Source: Craspedostauros australis (lineage: Eukaryota). From it: 64,000 nt of DNA. The notes under the pieces were generated by a model. The model was given only the letters and a program-made list of their open reading frames with translations, had not been told where the DNA came from and searched no databases. The number at the start of each line of letters is the position of its first letter. Position 1 is the stretch's first letter. A program made the translations under genes and the position numbers. Location: the NCBI GenBank assembly GCA_030167865.1, contig JALAGF010004627.1, positions 1-64,000 of the forward strand, given 5' to 3'. This document shows, one piece after another, positions 25,197-37,913 of this stretch.

Positions 25197-26335
25197 CCCT
25201 GCACGTGTTCGGCGCGGTTTGCGTATGGCTGGATGGGCGGGTAGGTGGGTGGAATCAAATGTTACCTGCATGAAGAGAAGCAAATGGAGAGAGCACGCGC
25301 GAGTTGTGTTGGCCTACGCGAGGGATGGCTCGTTGGCAGTTCCAGTTCCATCGATCGATTGTCCTGATCGACTGGGGGCAGCAAGGAACGACACCCTGGT
25401 GGCTTCGAAAAGAGAAGGTGGAGGCTGTCACTCACTTGAGTACTCGTACGGATGGCGGGAAAGGTGTGCAGCAGCGGATGAGAGTGCCTGCGGGTGCAGA
25501 GGCTGACGCAGAAAAAGTGGGCGGAGGTTGAAAGGGAAGGCAGAGTCGCCACTGGGGTACGCAATGCGTTGGAAGACGGCTGGAGTAGGAGCTACGAGTA
25601 CGACCGATTGTATGAACAGGGCAACAATCGTCAAGGAGGGAAGACACCCATTGTTCTCGTTGTTGGTTGCATTTTCCTTCGTCCGAGACTTCTGAGGATG
25701 TCGTTCTCGTTCTCGCGCGAGTGCGTGTGTGCGGATACTCGCCCACAACGCAGCGCCATTGTGACGCCGGTTCCACTTCTGTGTTGTTCCATCACGAAAT
25801 TCGCAACCAACAATCCAATCTGGTCCAGTCCACTCGTGAAACAGAGAAGATTCGATCGAATAAGTCGAATGGAAGATTCGCGTTATTGTCTTGTGTTCAT
25901 CTAGGACAGTCTTAATCAGAATCTTCCGTTCTTTCTCTCATATAATAAATTATTTCCCATGGCTTACCACACTGAGTACTAGAAATGATATGGTAGTATA
26001 TCATATATACTATGTATGTGATACTAGTACGGCAACCATTTTGAAATCGTGTGAGTCCATTGTATCCTATGAGAATTAATGTAGACGTAGCTGATTTCCA
26101 ACAACGGATTTGGCCGCCGTCGGTGGTTGTGTTTCGATGAGTGTATATTTCTCACTATATTCAATGTAACGAAACAAGTTTGTATAACTGCCGAAATCTA
26201 AGTTGCAATATTATGAAGGAGAGGAGAGTAATGATTGTTCTCCTGTCCTGTTGATGGGGCACCTTGTGGGTGAGTCATTTCATGCACCCATTTCATGCAG
26301 CCGGTTCCGGTGCCCTCCAAGTGAGCGCAAAAGAA

Positions 26336-28487
26336 TCACGTCGTCGTTACATTGTTGTATAGTTGGCTGGTGGTCTCCTGACTTCTGTTTTCTTGCTGTT
26401 TCCTTGTCCGCAGCCACTTCAGGTGATTACTCCGGTCGAGTTTGCCGCTCTCTGTCAGCGGTATGCAATGGGGTGGGATTCCGCACGTCAAGAGAGTGTA
26501 CTGGCATTCTGTGTGCGATCCTGTTGGTGTTGAGGAATGCAATGTAACATAATACAATGGAATGCAACGTACGTGGAAAGGTACAGGTGCGGATATGAGT
26601 GAGATGTTGGGTGTGGGATGTTCCCAACGTGCGTTGAGAAAAGACGAATACGACAGAGGCGATGTGAGTAAGTAGAATAACAGTTTGCAGGTGCGTACTC
26701 CACCAGACACAAATCATAATCGATTGTGTGACATTGGAGCTTCAATGATGGCACTCGCAGTTGTATTCGTCGAGAAGTTACTTTTGCGTCTGTCTTGTGT
26801 GTTTGCACAGCACCGTGCACAGCGCCATCCCGGCTCGTATGTTTGCACGTACCTGCGAATACTCTCAGATTCTGCGAGTGCGCCCAGCCTGCCTTGATCA
26901 TTTCCACGACGGATTGGAGCTTGGCATCCTGGAAGCAAAACATCATCTTCAAGGTGAATGGCATGACTTGGCTTGTCTGCACAAGCTTTCGGAGCAACTC
27001 TAATTGGACTCCTCCGAATTGAAACTTGAGACCCATTCCATAAACGACGACCAATACCTCCCCTGGTTTGGAATCGCTTGTTCTCTCTGAAGCGCAGCTC
27101 TCGTTGGCCGCAGAACATGTGTACCAAAGATTCCTGATCTGAGTTCATCCAAGTGGGATGCCATTCCAAAAGGGGTAGGAAGAAGTCGTCAAAGGTCATC
27201 AAAGATGAATCCAGAGCAACAGGATAGAATGCAACAGAACGGAACAGAGCAGAGGAGAACACAGTGGAGGAGAATCAATGGAGAGGGTTTGTGAGCCAGT
27301 GCCAGCCACTGAATCTCGAAAGAGCAGCAGTGCATGGAATTCAACCCAATGAGCGCGTTCGTCACTGCATGAATTGACGTGATATCACAAGAGAATGCGG
27401 CCTGAGAGCGCACGATCTCCCGGCAATCCAAGTCAATTTGATTGAAGCCATGCGCGGAACCCGAACAACTTACAATGGAGTTGACATCGTTTGAATCCAC
27501 CGGGAATGATTCGGACGGGCCGTTGTCATCAAAGGCTGAAGGATACGCGACAGTCTCGGAATGGATCATATCCAATGGCCTATGCCGCGTCAAGCAGCAC
27601 AATACGACCGGCCGCCGCATTTGCCGCGTCGTTCGCTTTGTCTCGTTGCAGCCGGCAGGTATCGTCTTCCCACAGGACAGAATTTGGATATGGCCCGTCG
27701 ATAGCTCCGCCAAATCTTGCCATGACAGATCGCAAAGCTCAATGCATCGCTTTCCAATTGCGGTTGGCCCGAAGAGGTCTCGTTTCAGCTGATAGTACGC
27801 TACCATTCGTTGCGCGGCAGCTTTGGGGTTCCGTGACTCCGTGGCGCAGATAAAGGAATGGCGGTAGATCGGATTCTTGATGTTGGAGTACGCAACCGAC
27901 AGCGCTTGATCGAATGCAGGCTTGTCGACAATGCGCGACAGCTCCACCTCCAGCTGATCTAGTGACGTTTGTTCTGGTGAATACAGATCCGCAGATCCGC
28001 ATGCGAGAATAGGAGTCGTGGAATGTTGCTCCGCATTGGAGGTGTACTCCGAGGTTGCTATCGTTGTAATGCTGTCCTCATCTCGTCCCTCATTCCGACT
28101 GCCCGACGTGCCACCATATTGAGGCCTCTTCTCTGCCACGCCTTTGCTCGCGTTTGGATCGATCCGCCCCAGCAGCGATGTCCTCTCCGATACCACGTCG
28201 GCATCTCCGATGCTGCTGCATTCTTCCGTCACCAGTGATGTTTGAGATATGCTTTGCGCAAGCGATCCCGCATGAGGAATGTTGCCCAAGGTACCAGCGA
28301 TCGCCTCTACCCCTGCCTTTGCCTTTGCAGATGATGTGTTTCCTGCTGCGTTGTCTGCAGGAGCGCTGAGCGATGTTGCTGCGGCCGCAACAGACGCCAT
28401 CAACCATCCTAGCACTCCGTCGTCGTGAGCGTCCTCTTCATTTCGGTCGCTTCTGATGGCAGGGCCCTGCCTCTGTATTCTGTCCAT
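26336..28487 (-). CDS. Diatom-type CRAL-TRIO/Sec14-like protein (~494 aa, 3 exons: 28487-27474, 27138-26853, 26520-26336)
   Basis: Motifs FICATESRNPKAAAQRMVAYYQLKRDLFG, IRNLWY, VLVVVYG and G|SHTECQYTLLTCGIP..HLKWL. GT-AG introns keep the frame. Confidence 0.72.
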
Positions 28488-29376
28488 CCCCACTCTTTCA
28501 GTTTGGAGGGCGTACGAGCTAGAGATGCTGCAACCCAATGGAGCAGAGGAATAGCGTATGTCCGTGGTGGTGCGTGTATGTCTGTATTATATTCTATTAT
28601 ATTATATGAGTTATGGGGTATAGTGTACAAACAAGGACTCATCCCATGTCTCGTCTTGGCCTCCAAGATGACGGAAAGTGCTTTCTTTGTTGTGTGATAC
28701 GAGCGACGAGTGCGTCGCGTCTCGTCCTCTCTCCATGTTTTTGCGTGCGTTTTTTGGCGGGAGTTCCTCGGTTTTGGTCGTGTTTCGTGTTCGTTATTTT
28801 GCTTTGCTATCAATCCCATACTCGTTCACGAATTATCCAGGACTCAATCATCGCCCGCCAAAATGCAGACGTGCTGAACACCACCGATCGCATCACCTCA
28901 TGTCAGATCATGTCACATGCCATCCCTCTCGCTCTCTCTCTTTGGAGAGTGTATTCATGTGTGAAGGCAATGTTACCTGCTATAATCTACCGCTCTAATC
29001 TACTGCTCTTCTATTCTCCTGTCTCTACACGAGCACATGCTCGGACTGGGATGAGCACTTGATGCCACTGCCTCCAAGTTGCGCACGCATGCACGTGGAT
29101 GATCCGTCGGTTCCATCTGCCGCTGTGTAGAGATGCGAGGGGGAAGCGTCGTGCGAGCTGTGCATTGCCTGTGTTTGTGTGCGTGATTGTGGAGCAACGA
29201 TGAAGACGGAAGAAGGCGAGCGATGGACCCAAGCGAAGCGGTGATGTATAATACAATACAGTACTTTGATGGCGTGAGGGGATATTAGTGGCTTCTTCCT
29301 GTTTCGTCCAAGCGAGCTACATGTATTTATCAGGGAGGACTGTGGCTGGCACAAATCCCGGAGTACGCGGCACTGT

Positions 29377-32300
29377 TCATTGGACACGGCTTCTCCGCAA
29401 GTCAAATTCATCGACGTCGTCAATGGTCGGACCCCAAGGAGCTTGTCTATCGTGGCTGCTGCGACGATCATTGGAATCAGAAGTGCCATCGTCGCCGTCT
29501 TCGTTTGGAGGAGCGCTGTTGGATCTCAGAGGCTTTGGCCAGCGCTGCCTGCCTGTCTCCTTTCGTTCCTGGCTTTGATGCCGTTGGCGCTCATGCGCTT
29601 GCTGCTGTTGCGTCGGTCGCTGTCGCTGATGTTGATGTTGATATTGCTGATGGTGGCGTTCTTGTGGCTGCGCCTGTTGAGGTTGCTGTTGAGGTTGCTG
29701 TTGTTGATGAGTCGGTCGCTGCCAATCGTAATCTTGTTGTGTATTCTGCGGCTGCTGTTCCCGTTGGTTTTGCCCCTGCTGAGGGGGGACCGTGGCTGCG
29801 AATGTCCCAGTTGTCTGATCTGCCTCGGGCGAGTTCCGGTACTCTTTTTCAGGTTCTGTCTCCGGTACTTGCGCATTCGCCTGCTCGGCGTGAAGGCTCA
29901 TAGATGGAGGTGTGCCAGACAAGGCAGCATTGGTTTGCGCTTCTTCAATATCGTCTCCATTTGCTTCGCCCGATACTTCGGCGTCGACGGTCATTGCGAC
30001 CTGTACTTCAGGTTCCGGCAAAGTCAGCATGCGTGGAGGTCGTTGAAAATTGTATCGCGGTTGCAAATTAGGCTTGGGCGCGACAGATATTTCAACATCG
30101 CTGTCGACACCAGCCATGCCTCTCTTCTTTCGCCGTCGGAGGAAAGTGGGCACTGGCAGCTCGAATGGTGTCCACACCGTCTTGACGGTCATGATTTCCA
30201 TCCTCTGCGGTAGCACAGGGCGGAAGAGCTTGGAGAACACCCTGTTCTGCCAACCAGGAATGACCTGGCTTTCGCCGCCAAGCAATGCCATCACGCCATG
30301 GTGCGCAACGGTTTGGGCGGACTTGACATAAAAGGGGATGTGCCAGCACAGCGCTCTCTGCGTATTGCTCCGTGCCCGGAACTGGGTGCTCACGGGGCCA
30401 GGAACCAAGCATGTCACGCCCACGCCATAGGGCTCCATCTCGTTGCCAAGGGAGCGCGAAAGCGACAGTCCGAAGGCCTTGGTCGCGCCGTACAAGGCGC
30501 ACTTTGGAGACGCCGACGCGAGACCGGCCATGGATGACAGCATCAGGATACGCCCTCGTCTCTGCTCCTTCATGTCCTTTCCATACAGCTGGGCCAATTT
30601 GCTGTATGTGAGAGTGTTGACTGTGACCATGCGGTTGATCTCGTCAACCGGCATATCCACGGCGTCGCCTTCCCCGCCAATTCCTGCGTTGTTGACGAGA
30701 ATGTCCACACAAAGTCCCGCTCCGGTCGTGGCCTGGTGGATTTTTTCGGCTGAATTCGGATCCGATAGATCAGCCTCCAAGACGCAACATCGCACTCCGT
30801 AGCATGCTTCCAGATCGTACGCCAGTGACGTCAATCGATCGACGTCTCGTGCAACAAGTATCAGCGGCACCTCCCACCGTGCCAATTCGACAGCTATGGC
30901 CCGCCCGATACCTTGAGAAGCACCAGTGACGAGTGCGTAATTGGGCTTTTCTTCTTGCAGATACTCCGATTGTTGTTGCTGCTGCTGTTGCTGCTTCTGC
31001 TGTTGGTTTGACAGCCTCTTTCTGGCGTTGTTTGCTTGATGCGCTGACCGGCGTTTCAGTGCTTGCAGTGCAACCAGTTCATCAAACACCGACAGCCGAT
31101 GGATTTTGGCGATCTCACGCTTGCGAGCGGATCGGACGCGGCGCATCTGCGCAATGGTGTTGTGGAGAGTCCTTGCATTTGGTGATTTTTCGTACAGCAT
31201 CGACAGCGGTTTCCGCAACTTGGGATAGCCGTTGGAACCTGACGAGTCAGTGTCGCCATCACTGCTGCCGTTGCGTCTGTCGTTTGCGCTGGCGTTGATG
31301 CCGTTGATGCCGCTGTCGTGTTGTGATTGCTCGATTGATTCCAAGGCCTCAATCTCTGGTTCCGGCACATCTTCCGGCAAAGGAGGCGGGAGAAAAACCT
31401 GCCAGACGCCACGCGATGGCAGCCCAGGCAGCGGCGCAAGGATGCGCTTGCGATGCACCTCCATGTGAGCCCAGCTCGTGATCGCCATGCCCAATCCAGC
31501 CAGCGCCACATTGCGCGCGAACGGATCCGAAACCAACGGAATGATGCGCTTTGCCAGTGCCTCTCCGCCTGCCTCTGATGCTCCGGTCACGACGCGCGAT
31601 GGAATGGTCGCCAGCAACATGAATGGCGGAGCGGCCGGGGGCATGTGGTACCACAGCTGGCTGCCGACCTGCTGGCACTGACGAAGCCCGATCCTGGCAC
31701 GCTGTTGGAAATAGGCCCAGAACAGCGCCGCGGTGCTCGGGTAGACAGACGAAGGCCTCGTGTCGGTCGCATCAGACGCGTTTGCCTTCTCATTGGACTT
31801 GTCGTTCACGTCGCTGAGCAGCGAGAATGGCCATGGCGGCCACATCTTCACCCGGCTCACCAGCTGCACATCATCATTGTTGCAGCACGAAGTTCCGATA
31901 CCTTGCATTCGTCTCCTGCTGACGCCATCGATGCTGACAGTGACTTCGTCCGCGCTGCCATCAAGACTGTCATTGCCACTTGATCCCGCGCTCATATCGA
32001 TGCGCCGACGCATGCAAGCGTCCAGGAAGCGCGAATCGACAGCACCTCCATCGAGTCCGCCACCATCGCAGTCATCAGCCTTGCTGATATCGTTTCTTCC
32101 ACCTGCTTGTTGCGTTGATGATCCTACGAGTACATTCTCGAGGAGACCAGAATCCACAGCGGCTGATCGAGAATACAGTTGGAGTTGTGTGCGCTGGTCA
32201 TGTTTTTGATCTTGATCTTGCCCGGGCTGTGGGAACTGGAATGGTGAGATCTGCGACTGCTGTTCCTGCTTCGGCTCTTGCTTTCGTCTTGTGACCGCTG

Positions 32301-32460
32301 AATTCCAAGCACTGTTGGGATGAGCCCATTCGGACAATGCCCTTGCGCAGTGCGATGCTGCCAGGACTGCGAACAGCACGGCCAACATCGTAAGCCGCAA
32401 CGGTTTCAGCTTCGGTGTTCTGAGTTGTGCTTGCTTCATTCCATTCGCTTCGAATCCCAT
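29377..32460 (-). CDS. Short-chain dehydrogenase/reductase with a long N-terminal extension and a Q-rich tail (~1027 aa)
   Basis: TGASQGIG, NNAG, SS and YGATK catalytic motifs, plus a signal-like segment. Confidence 0.88.
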   Translation of the reverse strand: MGFEANGMKQAQLRTPKLKPLRLTMLAVLFAVLAASHCARALSEWAHPNSAWNSAVTRRKQEPKQEQQSQISPFQFPQPGQDQDQKHDQRTQLQLYSRSAAVDSGLLENVLVGSSTQQAGGRNDISKADDCDGGGLDGGAVDSRFLDACMRRRIDMSAGSSGNDSLDGSADEVTVSIDGVSRRRMQGIGTSCCNNDDVQLVSRVKMWPPWPFSLLSDVNDKSNEKANASDATDTRPSSVYPSTAALFWAYFQQRARIGLRQCQQVGSQLWYHMPPAAPPFMLLATIPSRVVTGASEAGGEALAKRIIPLVSDPFARNVALAGLGMAITSWAHMEVHRKRILAPLPGLPSRGVWQVFLPPPLPEDVPEPEIEALESIEQSQHDSGINGINASANDRRNGSSDGDTDSSGSNGYPKLRKPLSMLYEKSPNARTLHNTIAQMRRVRSARKREIAKIHRLSVFDELVALQALKRRSAHQANNARKRLSNQQQKQQQQQQQQSEYLQEEKPNYALVTGASQGIGRAIAVELARWEVPLILVARDVDRLTSLAYDLEACYGVRCCVLEADLSDPNSAEKIHQATTGAGLCVDILVNNAGIGGEGDAVDMPVDEINRMVTVNTLTYSKLAQLYGKDMKEQRRGRILMLSSMAGLASASPKCALYGATKAFGLSLSRSLGNEMEPYGVGVTCLVPGPVSTQFRARSNTQRALCWHIPFYVKSAQTVAHHGVMALLGGESQVIPGWQNRVFSKLFRPVLPQRMEIMTVKTVWTPFELPVPTFLRRRKKRGMAGVDSDVEISVAPKPNLQPRYNFQRPPRMLTLPEPEVQVAMTVDAEVSGEANGDDIEEAQTNAALSGTPPSMSLHAEQANAQVPETEPEKEYRNSPEADQTTGTFAATVPPQQGQNQREQQPQNTQQDYDWQRPTHQQQQPQQQPQQAQPQERHHQQYQHQHQRQRPTQQQQAHERQRHQSQERKETGRQRWPKPLRSNSAPPNEDGDDGTSDSNDRRSSHDRQAPWGPTIDDVDEFDLRRSRVQ

Positions 32461-33123
32461 CACTGCGCCAATGATTCGCACGAGGACGAGAACGAGTACT
32501 CTTGGAGCAGCAACCTCTTTTCGCAAGTGCTTGAGCTGCCGTCTCTCTGTTTCGCTGAGTTGCCTCCGCGTTGTTCTGTTGAATGTTGAATGTTGACTAT
32601 TGAATGTTGAATGTCGAGCGTGGATTTTGTTGTGTGTCCGTGGAAGTTGTTTCTCTCGGACTTGTTGGCATCCCCTTTGGCAAATCTTGATTGGATTGAT
32701 GTGTGGTGGATGTTCGCGTTCTCTGTTGGCTGTGTTCTTGCGATCCCTTCGACTCCCGTGGTTGCGCATCTTTTGTGTTGCTTGCGCTGGTCGTGACAGG
32801 CACGGGCAGACCGTCGCAGGTTTCCGCAGTCGCGATCATGCCCATCACTTGTCGAGGGTAGAGCACTCTTCTCGAATTTTTTCTTACGGAAGGCATCGAG
32901 GCAGCTCCAAGTCGAGGGCAGCACAGGTATAATACATACTCATAACGCAACAAGAGGTGTTTCAATGAAGCCCATCGCTATACGGAACCACTTTGCTCAT
33001 AAAATGCATACCCGCCAAAGCGATGGGTCAATGATTATTGTCATCTGATCTTTCTGCGGAAACTATTATAGTTTGACAACATGGCATAGAACGGCCCCTG
33101 TGTACAGCGAGCACATCGGACAG

Positions 33124-34018
33124 TCACTTCCTCGGTTTCATCTTGGTAAGGTCGTCTTCCGTCGCAGATTGCCGAAAGGCTTCATCAAGCTTTTCAAAAG
33201 CTGACCGCATTTGGCCCACCGAGGCAGGCGTCTCCGTTGGCGATCCTTGTGCGATGGAATCAATAAAATCCGCATCGTATCCGTGGTCCTTCAGCAGCTC
33301 GCGCGGATCGATCACCTCCCTATCTTTCACGGCGACGCCCTGCAGCAACACCTGTCCACGTATGCGGTTGTTGGCCTCTTCCGGATAGCGGAAGTTTTGA
33401 AATCTGTTCCAACAATCACAAGATATCATCGGTGACGCATTCGAGTACGAAGCATCATGAGTGGGTGGATGAATACGTGGATGCGTGAGCACATGAGTGA
33501 GGCCACGAACGTATGCAAAGTATGGAGCACTCAGGTTGAGCCAACATAGCAGCTTTCACAGAAGTGGCATCCAAGATATGGTGGAGTGCGAGTGAAATGC
33601 GACGAACAAGTGCTCTTCCAGCATGACGCGCAAAGCGCAAACAAACACCGGCGACTTACATCCACAAATTGCGCTCGTCCAATGCACCCACGTAGGATTC
33701 CACGACAAACTTGCGAAAGAGTGGCCGCAGCTCCTGGCGGTAGCGAATGGCGGCAGCGGAGACAACCAGGTGCGTGTCTCGTTCCAACGCGGTTTTGAGC
33801 AACCCATTTTCGGACATCAGCTCCCATCTCGCGTACTCCGCGTGCGATAGGAACGCCGCGTGGTTCATGTGACCGAGGTAATCGACGTCGACAATGCCAA
33901 CCCTCGCCGTGTAGGTGTGCGCGTTTGCGTGTCCCAAACCCAGAAGCTTGGATCCTCCGGTGCGCTGGTAGCCACGGGCGATGGATGTCAACACGCGAGG
34001 GATGTGAATTGGTGCCAT
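33124..34018 (-). CDS. Hotdog-fold thioesterase (4HBT/THEM6-like, 212 aa, exons 34018-33660 and 33403-33124)
   Basis: DVDYLGHMNHAAF..E.AR and IRYRQELRP motifs. A GTAAGT..ACAG intron restores the frame. Confidence 0.85.
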
Positions 34019-35006
34019 GACGGAATGCTGCGATGTCGCTTGAGTGTAGAGTGAGTGTTTCCCGATTCTTTGGTGTGCGTGTTGCTGAATGTGTGTGTGT
34101 GTGTGGTTGGGTATGTGGTTGGGTATGCGTGTTGTTGACTACTCCATGAGGTATCGAATGCAAGTGATCGAAAGCGAAAAAGTGATAAGGTGAGACAGCG
34201 GACTTGTTTTGGGGGAATGGTCAGAGCGATTGTCACGTCAGCCGTCAGCCGTCTTCCGCTTGACGATGGCAGCGCTGGTAGCGGTGGTCTTGACTGCTGT
34301 CACTTTGAAGTCTTGCATCAAAATGGTCTTGACAGCATCGCGGCAACATCATCGCTCCAGCACGCAGCAGTGACGCCGACATGAGGAGGAGGAGATGGAG
34401 CTGCAGCGCTACATGGCGATGACGACACTTGCATCCGCGCCCCCAACATCCGATGCGGCGCAGTCGCAGCAAAGGAACGATCCGCGCAACGAAAGAAGGC
34501 TCGAGATTGTCCCAGCCGACATCTTGGTTGATGTGGATGGTTCCAGGAAGGTCTCTGCAACGCAGAAATGGGAGCGTCGATGGTTTTGGTAGCGATGTAT
34601 CATCGGATTCTTGATGTCTGTTGTCAACGAGCACAAACGAGAACTGCGTTCGCGTTGACCCATGATGTGACGAATGATGACGTGGACGACAACGTCGATG
34701 CACAATTCGTCAGCAGAAAAGCGAAGCGTGATGACCGCAACAAACCGAAGTGTCACCATCCGTATCCACGATCGAGCGGGCGAGTGTGGTGTTACTGACA
34801 CACAACTCAAGAACATCACGAGGACACGGACGACAACGCAAGAGGAAGAAAATCAATCACAGCAACCACGCCAACATCTTCATCCTCATTTTCGTGGGAT
34901 ACTTCAACCCTTGTGGGTTCCTGTTTGGTGCAATCTGATCGATTGCATTGTTGAAGGAAGACATCACACGGACCTCAATTTTAGATGCAGCACTTGGGGT
35001 CAAAAC

Positions 35007-36781
35007 ATGCAGCTGCAGCCGCCTCCGAAGATTGATCGCCCTTCTTCCTCCGGCGGTCATATTAGTACTCGCACACTGGCACTGGCCATCGCAGTTGCTG
35101 TGGCAATGGTGATGACGACGATGATGATGCCGTTGCGGCATTCGATTCTCCCAGTTGCGCATGGGTTCACCCACCAAGCCAGGGCCTACTCCCGACCTTT
35201 CCACAGGCAGCGTCACAATCTCCAACTGCGCCAACCTACCAAATCATCTCATCGTCATGGTAGTGTCGGTGGTGCGACTCGACGCATGGCTTCCCTTCCT
35301 CACGATAGCAGCCTCAATGGCCAGGTGAACGGCAACAACATGGACGATGCTCCCAAGACGGCCACGACATTACCCAACATCCCGGCCAATGCCCACAGAG
35401 TCGTATTCATGAGGCACGGTGAATCCGAGTTCAACAATGCCAATATCTTCACGGGGTGGTGTGATGTTGCGTTGACAAGGCGCGGTACGTTGACGCATAC
35501 TGCTCGCTGTATTGGTCGAATGGCACTGCACTGCACTCAATAGCGAAGTGTTGTGCTTCGCAACAGTGTCATGACTGACGCACAAGCAGGTGATTTCTTT
35601 GGAATCACATTCCAACATGCTATGCTGATACTCGCCGTACTCATGCCCGTACCTGATCCACCGTTCAATTGCTCCCATTGCGTTCTTTGGGCATCGCACG
35701 AATCGTGCACACTCGTGTCGTGCACTGCAACAACCCATCTCTCACCGATCCGCCCACAAAAGGTGTCGTTGAGGCCATCGAGGCAGGACAGGTATTTCGG
35801 TCGCATGGTCTGGTGTTCCAAAGATGTTATACATCCTTGCTGACCCGATCCATCGTGACTGCGCACCGTGCCCTCGAGGCTGCCGGCGTGTCGTACACTC
35901 CGCTGGAGTACGAGTGGAGGCTGAACGAGCGGCACTACGGCGCCCTGCAGGGATTGTCGAAGGAGCGCACGGCCGTACGTTTGGGTAGGGAACGGGTGAT
36001 GCGGTGGCGACGTTCCTTCGAGGGTCGGCCGCCACTGATGGCAAGCGAGCATCCGCACCATGATACGATCAACAACGACCCGCGATACTCAACTTTGGAG
36101 AGCGTACCGCTGGGCGAGTCGTTGCAAGATTGTCAGGAACGCGTCGTGGATGCGTGGAAGGGCATCTTGAACGATTTGAAGTCCAGAAATCCTGCGTCGA
36201 ATGATGAAGAGCAGCAGCGGCAAACGACAACGCAGACGCTTGGTACGGACGACCGCTACACGCTGGTGGTTGCACATGCCAACTCCTTGCGTGCTCTCGT
36301 GATGCATCTGGATGACATCGCCGCGGATCGGATCGAATCGTTGAACATCCCGACAGCAATCCCATTCTACTACGATATCGATCTGAGAACCGGAGAGGTC
36401 CTGAATGCCAACAGGTCCGGCTTTGGACAGCAGCAGCAGCAGTCGTTGGACGATGTGCCAGGAGTTGGCAAATTTCGCGGTATCTACATCAGCGATGAAC
36501 GCAAGAAACGAAGCTTCTTGGAACGCCGCCGTGCCGCCAATGACCCCTGGCTGTGGGCTTTGCATGACCATCAGGTGGACGCTTCCATGTTGGCAGAGGA
36601 TGGAACCAATGTCAGGAGTGGTAGCGGTAACGATGTTCCAGGAATCGTCAGTGGCAGCAACAATGATGACAGTATTGACAACAACTCCCTCGATGGATTG
36701 GACGGTTTGAATGGATTGGAAGAGGAAGCACGGCAGAATACGCAGATGTTCAGCAACCTGAAAGGTAACTTGTTGAGTTAG
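35007..36781 (+). CDS. Cofactor-dependent phosphoglycerate mutase (dPGM), probably plastid-targeted (498 aa, exons 35007-35484 and 35763-36781)
   Basis: RHGES..N..N.FTGWCDV, YTSLLTR, WRLNERHYGALQGL, ESL, AHANSLR and LNIPTA motifs. Signal peptide followed by AHG-F and a transit-like region. Confidence 0.92.
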
Positions 36782-37913
36782 TGATTGCACCGATGGACAC
36801 GAGAAGAGATTGTGCATCGCCTTTGGAGCAGTAGAATACACACACACTCTCTTGCAGAGTACAGATGGGACATCTTGGTAGACACAAGCTTCGTGGGCGA
36901 TGTTCAACCATGATCATGATCATCATCGGTCATGCAGTGCTCCTATGAGCTCTGGCTCCTACGACATGAAAGAAATGCCTCCTTTCATTTCGATCGAAAC
37001 TTCTCTAGTCTACAGTTTGACCAAGAGTCTACGAGTCCCGCAAATTTGATAGGAGTGATTGAAACGTCATTCAATCACGCAAAGTTTGGACGGCGATGCC
37101 GGAGCGCTTCCCACGCTCGCGCGTGAAAGGGCTTTTCACGCCTGACATGCTTGCCACATGGTTCGGTGGACACCAAGTTTGGATGTGCCCTTCCGTTTTC
37201 AACTCGTACATTTTGTTGTATCCACGTATGTCTTGGTACTCATGCTACGCAAACTTGGATGACATTCGGGATTGACATAGGGCGATGTGGAAGGAAACGG
37301 AGAAAGGAACAATGATGACTTCGTCACAGCGAGGATGACACCCGATTCAGGGCGGGCCTTGTGCACGATGGCTGCGCCAAAAATCGCGTCCGACGCGCTT
37401 CTCTTGGTGGGGGTTGGAGGGCGTAAAACGAATGGAAACGTGAAGAACGACAGAGAGGCAGCGAGGCAGAGAGGCGGAAAGAAAAGTGAGGAGAGGGTTC
37501 TATCCGAAATCACGTAACGACAGCGATGTGACGCGCATAGATAGGAGGGGAGGGGAGAACATCAACAGCGACTGTGCATGCAGGCGTAGCAGAAACGGTG
37601 ATGGTGAGAAGCCCCGAAATCATCAAAGTGTTCATGGCAGCCACCCAACGAAGGTGGAAGAAGGTGCAAAAGCAAATTCAAGGCAGAGCACACATGCACA
37701 AGGGCACAGGCAAAGAGAGAGAGAGAGAGAGAGAGCAACGCATCAAGGGAGAAGAACACAAGCAACGAGAAGCGCAGACAGAACGACAAAACAGAGGAAG
37801 CCCAACCGCTCTCTCATTCAATCGGCATCATCCATTCTGACAACGCAACACCTCCACTCCATCCAACTTCACTCCACTTCATTGCGCTGCACGCCACCAC
37901 ACTGAATCAGACC

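Noticed and set aside
27040-27140. Apparent frameshift in the CRAL-TRIO-like gene (ORFs 26714-27262 and 26488-27054)
   Set aside because: An AG acceptor at 27140-27139 gives the in-frame exon IRNLWY...VLVVVYG, so no frameshift is needed.
32576-32615. (TTGAATG)n short tandem repeat, and (GGACATT/GGATACT)n at about 45270
   Set aside because: Few imperfect units in 5' flanks, with no evidence for telomeric or functional status.
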